DNA of 32,783 nucleotides from Catajapyx aquilonaris (taxonomy: Eukaryota): contig JYFJ02004345.1 in assembly GCA_000934665.2 (NCBI GenBank), forward strand, positions 1 through 32,783, given 5' to 3'. The position numbers were made by a program, and so were the translations under genes. Below, in pieces: positions 10,780 through 21,800 of this stretch. The notes under the pieces were generated by a model. That model had not been told where the DNA came from. It did not search any database and was given only the letters and a program-made list of their open reading frames with translations. How positions within the stretch are numbered: position 1 is the stretch's first letter; every line of letters begins with the position of its first letter.

Positions 10780-10880
10780 GTGACATCACCGACTAAAGTG
10801 TGACTGACTCACTTCAAAAGCAGGGATTTGCACACACCGGCTATCGAGCGAGCAAATCCGCAGCGCACGCGCACTTTTTT
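10780..10880 (-). promoter_or_regulatory. Candidate core promoter for the minus-strand gene
   Basis: Arthropod Inr-like TCAGTC and TTAGTC on the minus strand at about 10807-10791, in a CpG-rich stretch about 0.8 kb upstream of the ATG, with a DRE-like ctcgatag about 40 bp upstream. Short motifs only. Confidence 0.25.
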
Positions 10881-11789
10881 ATCCCGCTAAACTGCTATAA
10901 CTGTCTATCAGTGGTCAGGCTGAGTCAGGCGTCTGACCTTTGACCCCGCCTGATGCGAACTCGATCCGTTTCTCCCCGGCCCAAGAATTAATTACCTGAA
11001 ACCAACCCGATCCCATTCATTCATAGTAATCAGAGCCGCGATTTGGCAACCATGGCCGGGAAGATCAACAGGCCAGTGGCGCCAACATGTCACCCAAAAC
11101 CCTCATAAGGAGCAGGGCTGGGTGGACCATAAATTTCTCAGACACTCAAGGCCAAGGAAACATGAAGCTGATGAGGGGAGGTCAAAGTGCTAGTAAGCTG
11201 TCCAGTCATTGCGATACATGGCGACAAATTGGCGCACCTAGATCATATTATGGGTCATTACACTACATGAAATGTCGGCTGCACCGGAAGAAGAATATTT
11301 TCCACATCGTGTCTTCCGGCACACATTGCGCTCATTACTCTAATCTCCAGTTGACCTCATGATTTTTCAGCAAGTAAACACAACTCCATCATGCGAGGAG
11401 AAACAACTGCAAAAACTTTGTTGCAGGTCCGGTTTAGCCGATGCTGTCCGTTTATGGTCAGTCGTGGGGTCCACACATACTGTCGGCCTTGGAACCCTCT
11501 AGTAATGAGACTGCTGGACCAAAATTTGATTGCTGCGAGGTACAGAGAGGAGGGCGGTCAAATCCCCATCCCTTTGATGTCGCACCCACTTGACTCAAAA
11601 ACGTGTCGCCTCATTATTGTGCAGGACCCCGGATACGTATACACACAACCATACAACCCTAGTACGCACAAATATGTATCACTTGTGCCGACACTAATTA
11701 AAAGCCCTGTGGGCGTCACTCCACACACACTGTACAGGGTGGTGTACTCACCAAAGTTAGACTATAAATATTAGTTTCATATTTGCAAT

Positions 11790-12520
11790 ATATGTAGCCG
11801 TTAATAAGATTTTGTTCGGATTTAAGACTTTAAATAATTATATCGTTAACCGCTAAAATATGTAGCCCATACCCACCATTAGCTGTTAAATGTGTAGTTA
11901 ACATTTTATCGTCAACTAGCTAATACTCGTTATTAGCTGTTAAAATATGTACCTATTATTTATCGTTAACTACTAAAATATGCAGCCAATATTCGTCAAT
12001 AGATGTTAAAATCTGTATCAAATATTTTGTCGTTATATGTAGCTAATACTCGTTATTATCTGTTAAAGTACGTAGCTAAATTGTTAGCTGGAACTCTTCA
12101 TTCGCTGTTAAAATGTGTAGCTAATATTCGTCATTAACTGTTAAATTTGTAGCTAATATTTTATCGGTAACTCGAAAAATATGTAGCTAGCATTCATCAC
12201 TAGCTGTTAAAAGTGTAGCTAATATTTTATCGGTAACTCGTAAAATATGTAGCTAACATTCATCAAATATTTTGTCGTTAACTAGCTATACGTAGCTAAT
12301 ACTCGTTATTAGCTGTTAAAGTATGTAGCTAAATTGTTAGCTGGAACTATTCATTCACTGTTAAAATGTGTAGCTATTGTTTAGCTAAAATATGTAGCTA
12401 ATATTCGTCATTAACTGTTAAATTTGTAGCTAATATTTTATTGGTAACTCGTAAGATATGTAGCTAACATTCATCACTAGCTGTTAAAAGTGTAGCTAAT
12501 TTTTTGGTACAGCGATAATA
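11790..12520. repeat. Degenerate ~30-bp AT-rich minisatellite with a higher-order duplication
   Basis: Recurring tgtagctaatatt...gttaRctgttaaaa units. The block starting at 12039 recurs nearly identically at 12292 (253-bp offset). Confidence 0.85.
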
Positions 12521-13894
12521 ATATTTAGCATATAGATTATTCACCTGTAGCCTAGTTGCTGAAAATACTTGTCTTGTATTATTTTAGCTTGATGAATGAA
12601 CAATGCATAATTTCTGGGGGGTTTCACGGAGATGTACAGTAGAGTGTAGGCTACCGTCGCCTCGGTACTTGGGCAGTACTCCACGCTGTAGTTTACTCAC
12701 GCATATTATAGCCATATACACACCCACTCAACGGGGCTACAGCTATCAGTTTGACCGCAGAACAGTCATCAATCGTCACGTGGAGGAAAACAGAGAGCTA
12801 TTAAAATTTAAAAGAGTCGGGCGGTTTACCAGGAAAGAGGCCCCACGCACTTTGACCTTTTTCCCTGGTGGTCACTGACCAAACGGTAAAACTTCCTGAT
12901 TTTAATTCTGTAGAGAACGAAGTGGCAGACACAAAGCTGACCGCGGGCCTGTTAGGAATTCTCTAATTACAGTCTGTTTTAAAGTCTTGCTTTTACGAGG
13001 CTCCCTTTGAATTAAATCGAATCATTATAGTACTCTGTGCTTACACTGCGTCTACTCTTCCTTTATTCCCTTTGTAGCAATTATTCTTATGCGGAAGTAG
13101 CAATTACCATGTCGCTCTCTAAACTAAACTGCATTTTGCACGAGATGTATAGTTAGACTTCCACTAAGTAAGAATTCAATTTATTAATTTAATTCATAAT
13201 CTAATTTAATATGCAAACGTCAGAAATTTTAACTATAGGTCAAGGAAATCCAATCTACTGTTGGGTTAATATAATTAAAGAATTTAATTTTTGGTTAAGT
13301 TCAATCTTCTTATTATTATTGTTATTGTTATTATTGGAGCTATTTTGGCGGCGCTGACTCATTTCAAGCCATTCGTAATGGATTACGTTGTGTAGTGCTC
13401 TTACTCTGCGCTTAATTAATTACAGGAGGCCCCATATAATTACGGAACAGTTCAGAGGCAGAGCACTTGAGAGTTTCCGGAGCCATGGAAACGTCTGGCA
13501 GGTCCGGATAAACCGAGTCATTTCATTTCCATCCTGCACGTGACGTGTACGGTCAAAATAAGTATAGTTGAACAGTCTCGAGGAAGAGAAAAATAAAAAT
13601 AAAATTTTAAAAAAATCTGATGAGGAGGCGTGGTCCTGGTCGTGACGCCTTGTCGTGGCAACAAGACAAATAAGGAATGTACGTTACTTGCTGCCCACGG
13701 TGCAAGAGACCCATCAGTGAAACCAATCTCGCATTTTCGCGACCCTCAACCGTGACATCGTGGGATTGGCACACCTGCAAGGAGCTGTGACATCACTTTA
13801 ACAACGTCACCTGTGAAGTCTATTAACAACTAATACCAGTATAGAAGGTAGTTAAAATGCAGAGCATGCTTGAATTGAGAATAATTTATTGGCC

Positions 13895-14590
13895 TAATAT
13901 TAGCAACTACTTGTAATAATTTTGATAACCACTAAGATTTTGTATAACCACTTGTAGTAGCACCCAACACTTTAATAACCACTTAGAGCAACTATAATAC
14001 TTTGGATAACCACTTATAGTAGCTGTTAACAATCTTTGATAAACCACTTGTAACTAATATTTTGGATTTGTAGTAGCAGCTAACTTGATGGCCACGTATA
14101 CTCGAAGTGGTTATCCAAAGTATTAGTTCCTCTAAGGAGTCTAAGCAGTTACCTTAGAGTAGCTATTGTTTTGAATAACCACTTACAGCAACAAATATTT
14201 TGGATAACAACTTAGAATAACTAATATTTTGGATAACCACTTAGAGTATCTAATATACAGGGTGTTTCAACTTTTTTGTCCGAACAGTTATCGGAATATT
14301 GCACGTAGCTGCTACTTTGTACGCAGTGACTTGCAACCGATGATTTGTCGGAGGAATGGGGAATTGGGAAAAAGAGGGTCACACATCCCGTGGCATGTGT
14401 GACCCTCAATTTTCAGCGGGCAGCACGTATGCCACTTCAACCTACGGTTCGCAGGGAATATTCCCCCGTTCCTCCGAAAAATCACCGTTTGCAAGTCACT
14501 GCTTACAAAATAGCAGCTACGTGCAATTTTCCGATAACTGTTCAGACAAAAAAGTTGAAACACGCTGCATTGATAACCACTTCAAGGAAG
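13895..14590. repeat. Degenerate ~30-bp minisatellite (ttggataaccactt core), interrupted by a family A MITE
   Basis: gataaccactt-like cores recur from about 13925 to 14242 and once more after the MITE (tgataaccactt, about 14571). Confidence 0.8.
14258..14567 (+). mobile_element. MITE family A copy 2 (310 bp)
   Basis: TA|cagggtgtttcaacttttttgtccg ... gacaaaaaagttgaaacacgctg|CA. Long TIRs, colinear with 28803-29132. Confidence 0.92.
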
Positions 14591-15831
14591 TGCTCAAAAT
14601 ATTCTTAAATAAACAGCTTAGTTAGTGCAAACATTGCTAAAATCACAATTGGTTCATCCGTATATAGTTGAAGGCTTCTTGACTTCATGTTTCAGCAGGT
14701 GTGCCAGGGTGTGGTAGTGTTATGCGTCTCCTCATATCGTGACCAGCAGGTGTGCCAATATTAATTTTCAGGCAAGTGGTCCTTATAGTAAAGTGACGTT
14801 AAACGAGTGTGTCTGGGGCTGACCAATGGCCATAGCCTTCTGTGGGCCACCCTCTAGAGAGACCCAGATGGAAAACCCGTGTTGTCACGGGCTGGCTCTC
14901 CCGTGGACCCAATGGCATCGACACCTCACGCAATCGTCGCTCAACCGCTTGTTTATTGCCCCATTCCCGGAAACGGCCCGTCAATACCACTTCGCGACTC
15001 AGAAAGGAATTCCATTCGGACCAATAAGAGAGGGGTGGGAGGGGGTGGAGGATGGTGGAGGATGGGGGGAACATTCGCCATCAGGGCGGAGGTCAAACTG
15101 CGCCATTTTACGACTTACCCGCCCACCACTCTAATCTCCACCGAGGAAGATCATAACCCTAAACGATAACACAGACATTAAAGTTTTAAGAGTTACCGAC
15201 GATAAGGATGAACCTGGCCTTCTATTCCTGTTTCCGCCATCAAATCTGCGCGCATTCATTTCTCCCCTAACACAAATGACAATCTTGAAAATTTGCTTGA
15301 GTCTGTACTGTACCTCTGTTTATCTGCAGTGAGTCATCAGTAGCGTACAGAGAGGGAGGATGCGCCATCTATGTGAGGCATGTGGCACCAAGTCCACAGT
15401 CGGGAGCATGGCCTTAGAATACTCAGATCTGGTCAATGCGCCTGACGGAGCGTTTTGCGGGAGGTGCTCACTTGAGAGCGCCTTTCCGAATCTCTATACA
15501 TACGTGGCGACCTACCGGACAGCGCTAAACTTAGGAAGAAGGGAAGAGGCGGTCAAAATTAAGAATCTCATACGATCATACGAGTATGATGATAGGGGAG
15601 GGGAGTGTCCGGGGGCTGGTCGGGAGAAGCTAGGGGCAGTCTTGCCATGTTTTGACAAGCGGTTCAATCTCGCGGTAATATCTACATTCATCATCAAATG
15701 GTATGAATTATTAAACTATTCTTCATTGTGAATTTTGTACACGTATTAAATTAGTGCAATTGTGGATTTAAACGTAGTCTTCCATTTAAGCAAGCATTTC
15801 CTGACATAATAAGTAGGCTATATATACATAT

Positions 15832-15884
15832 ATCAACTTGTGCATTCCAGTTACCTTTTGTGCAACTGGAATGCACAAGTCGAT
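15832..15884. repeat. Isolated hairpin, 17-bp perfect stem with 11-nt loop
   Basis: acttgtgcattccagtt (15836-15852) and aactggaatgcacaagt (15864-15880). The stem extends to 21 bp with one mismatch. Confidence 0.85.
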
Positions 15885-18800
15885 TGAAACATTGTTCTGG
15901 GCACGTGTCTGGAGCATGCGGAGTCTGCTGCTTCTGTAATGCAGTTTTCCTTATCAGTGATCTTCCCCCTGGCACCTCCTTTCCCCCTCACCCAGTCCTA
16001 GTTCTCTGAATCGCAAAAGATCGTCCCCCAAGAAACGGGGAAGGGGAGATGAAGAGTGGGGCTGGCTTCCAATCCAGATTAGAATGCGGCCAAATCGAGG
16101 TAAAGACTGCGTTTGAAGTCGAGGGTATATTCGCATGGATATGCGTCTTGTATTTTGTATGCACAATATTCAATCAAGATTCGGCTGTGTTCACCAAGAA
16201 TCCCACGAGATTCACTGCATTACATTTGTTTGCACGTAAATGGAAGGAAGTCGCCTACAGTGCGTGTAACTTTTCCACCATTTTAAAAAATTTGAATAAA
16301 TAATAATCAATTGTCTCAACTCATAATATAGGCCAATTAATTAATGTGTGACGTGTTTAATGCATTAATAATAATATAGGCAAATCGTGGTCATTGTTCC
16401 TGAAATCTTGTACTTGCTATTCCTTCATATTCACCCATTTCTACTAGATCCCCATGATTTGCTTTTGAATCACTGCCGACTATGCAGCTGACAGTGTCCC
16501 AGTCACCCTCCGACAGATCCGGAGTGTGTTGTCGCCCTGCCATTACCGGGTGGTCGGACCCTGTATCCTTCAACGTCGCAATTACCCCCATTCCACCCCA
16601 TGCAAAAATGTGTCTCCCCTAGAAAGGAAGGAAGTCTCAAGACATGTGGGTTGGGTTTGGGGGGAACCCAAACAGGGCCCCGTTCGTCTGTCAATCCCCA
16701 TAATGGCCCTGCAGGCTGGCAAATGCGGACTTGCCATATCTCCAGGCTCCACCAGAGTCCATTATGTTTGTTCTCCGTCCGTACGACCCTCCAGATGGTA
16801 TCCCCCCCCAATTTGCCGGGGTTTCCTGGAAAGAGGCCAGCTTGAAGCCTCCTCGGCTCCTTGAGAGACTACCACGCCCCGGTGCATACACATGCAATAA
16901 TCCAGCAACCAGCATGCGCCCACTTGCACAACTTGGTAGTCCATCTAATCGTTACTGCCTGTTGCTCGATCTTGCAATTCCACCTTGGTATGACAAGCAT
17001 GAAACACGTGCTGGCTACAAGGAATATTCTGGACAGCATTGGATCACAATATTTGGTCTGCGAGTCAATATTTATGTGCCCTCAAAAAGAAGAGTGATTA
17101 CACACTCTTTATACAAGGTATATTGCCTTATCTCAAACACTGCCGCGTATTCTCCTGAATTTCAGTGTGTACACAATATAATCATGTCTGGTCAACCACG
17201 ACAGGAGCCCAAAATAAATAGTGTGTGAAGTAATTATGTACGACTAAATGAATCGCTGTCGTCACATTCTTCTCATTACAACGGATGATGCAATGGAGAT
17301 GGAAATACTCGGGTGTCACCCTAGTTGCAGGCTTATTGTTAATCAGTCCCAGAAGACACCCCAGACCGCGTGACGTAACCCAGCCGAACCGCAGATTCTA
17401 ATCGGCAATATTATGCAACCGCACAGCTCATTAATAACACCAGGTGGCGCCATTGGTGCTCGTGTATGATTGTTTGTAAACACCGATTCGGATTAATAAT
17501 GTGAACGACTTTGCATAAACCGTAGTCAAGTCCGTTTATATTCTTAAACTCTTCTGATCAAAATTGTTGTTAAGAATGTTTCAAAGAGTTTATATTATAA
17601 CCAAAATAAAGTCAGAATGCAACTAGTTTTTTTAAAAGCATCGCATCGCTTTATAAAATGGGTGAATAATCGCATCATAATGGCTAATTATTATTATTAT
17701 TATCAACAACATGTTATCCTATCAAAGAGCATGTCAGTGACAAATCAAAATAATTATTAGCATAATAACTGAACCAATAATAGTATTAGTAAAATGTGAA
17801 AATAATGAATCAAATACCAATTAACGTCAAATTCAATGTTCAAACGTAATTAAAATCAATAAAGATATCATAATAATAACATATTAACAAGTAAATGGGT
17901 TATACAAAATTAACTCGCGCTGTACGTGATGTCAACCATTTCCTATTTTCGGTTGAACATATTTTGTAGCTGACATGTTACCGATTAAAATCATCTAGCA
18001 TTACCAAAACCCGACTTGAATAAAACCACTTCCTGAATAAGTTTTAATGGCGCTTTAATTAGATTACGATGTCCAATAACCCTGCTGAAATAAGCAAACA
18101 GAAAATACCACCCATCACATCGTGACAGTTGATCGAAACGTACAAACAGCAATCGCGTGCTCAAAAACACTTCTCCGGACTCTCACCATCAGGTCCTTTT
18201 TGGCTGACTTTGCGTGAAACGTGGCTAATCACAGCAATCAACCGCCTATTGTGACGCAACACCCTGACTGCCATACAAATGGGCCCTTAATTGCCGACAC
18301 GCCATTTCCCCCCTACCAAGTCAGTAAGCAAAAATCAACAAGTCATACACTATGTTCCAACCAAGCAATATTGGCTGCCATTAATTTTTAAACAAAATAC
18401 TTGAAACAACTTGGCAAAACTTCCCGAGCCCCCGACTGCCTATACGTAGTACCACTTTCATCGCATATATGGCGCATATTGCCATTATGCACACTCCTGC
18501 TACTCTCAGATCGTGCGACCGATACTGGTACTGTAGATCGGACAAACAAATATTTGTGGATTGTCGGAATCGGACACCTCAATTGGGCTACACTGTACAA
18601 GCAACTATTTCACACTACTCCTAATAAGGAGCTCTCACATCTCACGCAATAAGTAAACCGGCGGCGGAATTGAAAAAAAAAAGAGTGCGCGTGCACCACG
18701 CCCATTGAACACAGAGGAAAACACTAGGGACAACCTGCAATTATGACGCCATCTTTTTTCAGTTGAGCACCTCTCAGACTTTAGACGTGGTCAAGCTTGA

Positions 18801-21800
18801 CAGGTGTTTCCCCGGCCTTGAACTGGACTTCATAAATACTGGATATAGTGTTGGGAGGACACACTGAACACATGCCACACCTATATGATCCGAAAAAAAC
18901 TTCTTAAAGCCCCCAGCCAGCACACGAATGCAAGGTCAGTCCTTCTAGGTCCAACTACCCCAACGCACTGGCTGAAGAAGATTGGTCTCTCCTCCTCCTC
19001 CGCAGCAGTCGGTTGACCTCCGGCAGCGGTCATCCAAACCGGACCTAAAGTAGGTCGCAGGACCAAAACCGAGAGGACCCCAACAGTACACCCTACCCAC
19101 ACTTGCTCTCATCATGTACATCACGCATTTGCTCTGTATACCAAGTGGGCGAATTCACGATATTCTAACGTGGATAAGGATTATTCAATCCAGGTTTTAA
19201 TCCTGTCAAGTCAATGTGTCTGGCTTGCGAAAAAAAAGCAAGAATTTAAAGTGGTTCCTGGGATAAACAACCTATAAATTCTCCCCTCTTGAACTGGCAG
19301 TGACATGGGATATGCATCATCTTGCATGCGTGTTTAAGAGCTAAAGTCTGGTTAACGACAGATTATAATACGAATTTATAGTTAGATGCAAGGTTTTCAC
19401 GATATGATGCTTACTTACCGAATTCAAGTGAATTCAAATCAATTTTTGTGCACTTTGGAATGTAAAAACAATACATGTTTGAGCATACTTTCCGTTTCTG
19501 CCTGCTTTCAAGATAATGCAAAAAAATTAGACTTTTTATCCGGAGCAATAATATTTGTCCTTGCGCTTCCTCCATTTCCTAATAGTAAAATGCTTGAGCA
19601 ATATGGTGCTCCACATGCAGTATGTAGGAGGCCTCCTTCCTTTGAGCAGTTACTCGGGAGCCTATGGATTAAGTGCTGTATAATGAATGAATCCTTTGTA
19701 TTTCGCTGTACGTGCAATCTCCGGAGACCTTTAAATAAAGGGGCTATATAAGCCCTTGCTCGAGCTCATCTTTTTTGAGGCCGGCGGAGGAGCAGCTACG
19801 GGATCAGCTCGTCTTGTTTTCACATGCTATTAGCCAAGCGCAGTCTGAAGGATTCAGTTCCGTCTTGCCAACCATCCACAACCCAGAAGGAACACAAACA
19901 CTGCCCCCCCAAAAAAAACTCAGAGAGAGAAGGCCAACCATCTTTTCCTACTTTCAAAAAGCGTGGGGTCTGTTTGCGAAAAGAGAGGAACATGAATTTC
20001 AAATGTGTTGCAGAATTTAGGAGGCTGTGGTCCTAATCGAATCACTTTGATCCGTCTCTTTCAGACGCTCCAGGGATAAAGGATATCCCACAAGGATTCA
20101 CCGAATACATCTTGTTGATCTCCCTGCGCAGAATCCCTCATTCGCCTGGGATCTCCCACGATTCTTCTTGCAGTTTCCTAAATTATCCTAAATCGTCTCC
20201 AATTGTGGTATAGCTCGCGATATATTTGGGAACACATAACATCCAGATTTAGGCTCGGTTATGTCAACAAATATTATGGAATATCTGCTCAATCATACGA
20301 CGCGACGTTACGTAATGAGATTGCTTCATACAAATGGGCGATTTTCCAGTTTTTAAATTTCATGATTTCTATCATACTCTTCAGGTTGTCAATTCCACCC
20401 AATATTTTTCTTTCGTAAATTACATATTTTTTCAAGTGAGAATAATTAATCAGCGATTAGTTCTGGCGCATGCGGTGTCAAGCCTGTCCTGGCGGCCTCA
20501 TCACTTATGAATGAGCAGAGGTCCTGGCACCATCTCTCTCTCCCCGGGTAATGTTTTGGCTCCAGTCCCTGATGAGTTAGCCAACCGGAAGTGAGCGAGG
20601 AAGTGCAAAAGGCGAGGCTCCAGACAGACAAACGAGCGGCCGACCGGAAAATTGAGCCCACTTGGCCAACAAGCCGTTAAGAAATGAGACAACTAATGTG
20701 TACGCTCGCTACAGATACGCCCCAGCATTTTTAGATATTCGGCCAAGAAAACAGATAAAAATGAAAACGGAAAAAATTGAAAACAGCGACTACAGTGGGT
20801 GTAATGTCCTGGCTCGTAACAATGTATATCTTGGCAATAAACAACAGCATATCATCCAGAGGATAACGGCAGGTTTGAGGCAGGTAATGCTCGAACAGGA
20901 AGCCGATTGGCCCGGCAACTGGTTTCAGAGCGTGATTGTCCGGGATGCAGGTCAGTGAATGGACGTTTTTGTTGTATGTTGCCAGACTGCTGCTCTTCCG
21001 CTTCCAAAGAGACCCAGTGGTTCTGGATGACTGTCCAGATTACACGCGTCCACTACACAATTGATCCGGAAGAGTCGTGCCGATTTCTCCGCGATTATTT
21101 TCTGGCACCGACTGTACCAATTGGCGTCTTTGGGTCTTAGCTACATTTTCAGTCAACGACTGTCGTATGAACCCATCTTGCGGTTAGTATAAAAAACCGA
21201 GGTCTGAAAGTGGAGCGCAACGAGTGGAATAATCGGTCGGGGGAGCATTTGTGGCATTCCGAGCATTAAGATAAGGAGCTTAAAACAAGTCCACGCCCTT
21301 TCTTTGCCTTCTGGAGAAGCGGAGGGGGAAAAAACGGAATATTGCCAAGGGAATAGAAGTGGGGGAAAAGTCATTACTTTCTTGGGGAAGAGCCCTCCGT
21401 CTGCTGAGGGATTGAACGTGCTCGACGCAAGACGCAGCTTCCTCGAATAAAAGCCTCAGAACGCGGTTACATCCGGGTTTTAAATATTCGCCAGTAGACA
21501 ATCCCGCAAACGGTTTTTGCAATAATTTGAATTTAAATCTCTCGCGAAATCGCCCCCCACAGATCGATACATAAGTCGCACTCGGCGCGTGCACGTTCGG
21601 TTATTGGGATTTGAATCTGGTCGTAAATCCTCTTAAACTAGGGTTTTAAAAAGTCATCGAATTCGCTCGTTAATAGGACGAATCGCTCGTTTTTAACGAG
21701 CATTACGACTCGCTTCTTTGGCGTAATCAGTCCATATTGGACCAAAATCAAATCGAGCACACCTGGCAATTAAACAATGTGCTTTCTCTCTAAAAATCGA

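Noticed and set aside
11731..11760. tacagggtggtgtac, resembling a MITE left end
   Set aside because: No matching right TIR found nearby.
16380..17230. Many overlapping ORFs including a 165-aa one
   Set aside because: ORFs are open in several frames on both strands, with no splice or codon-bias support and no recognisable domain.
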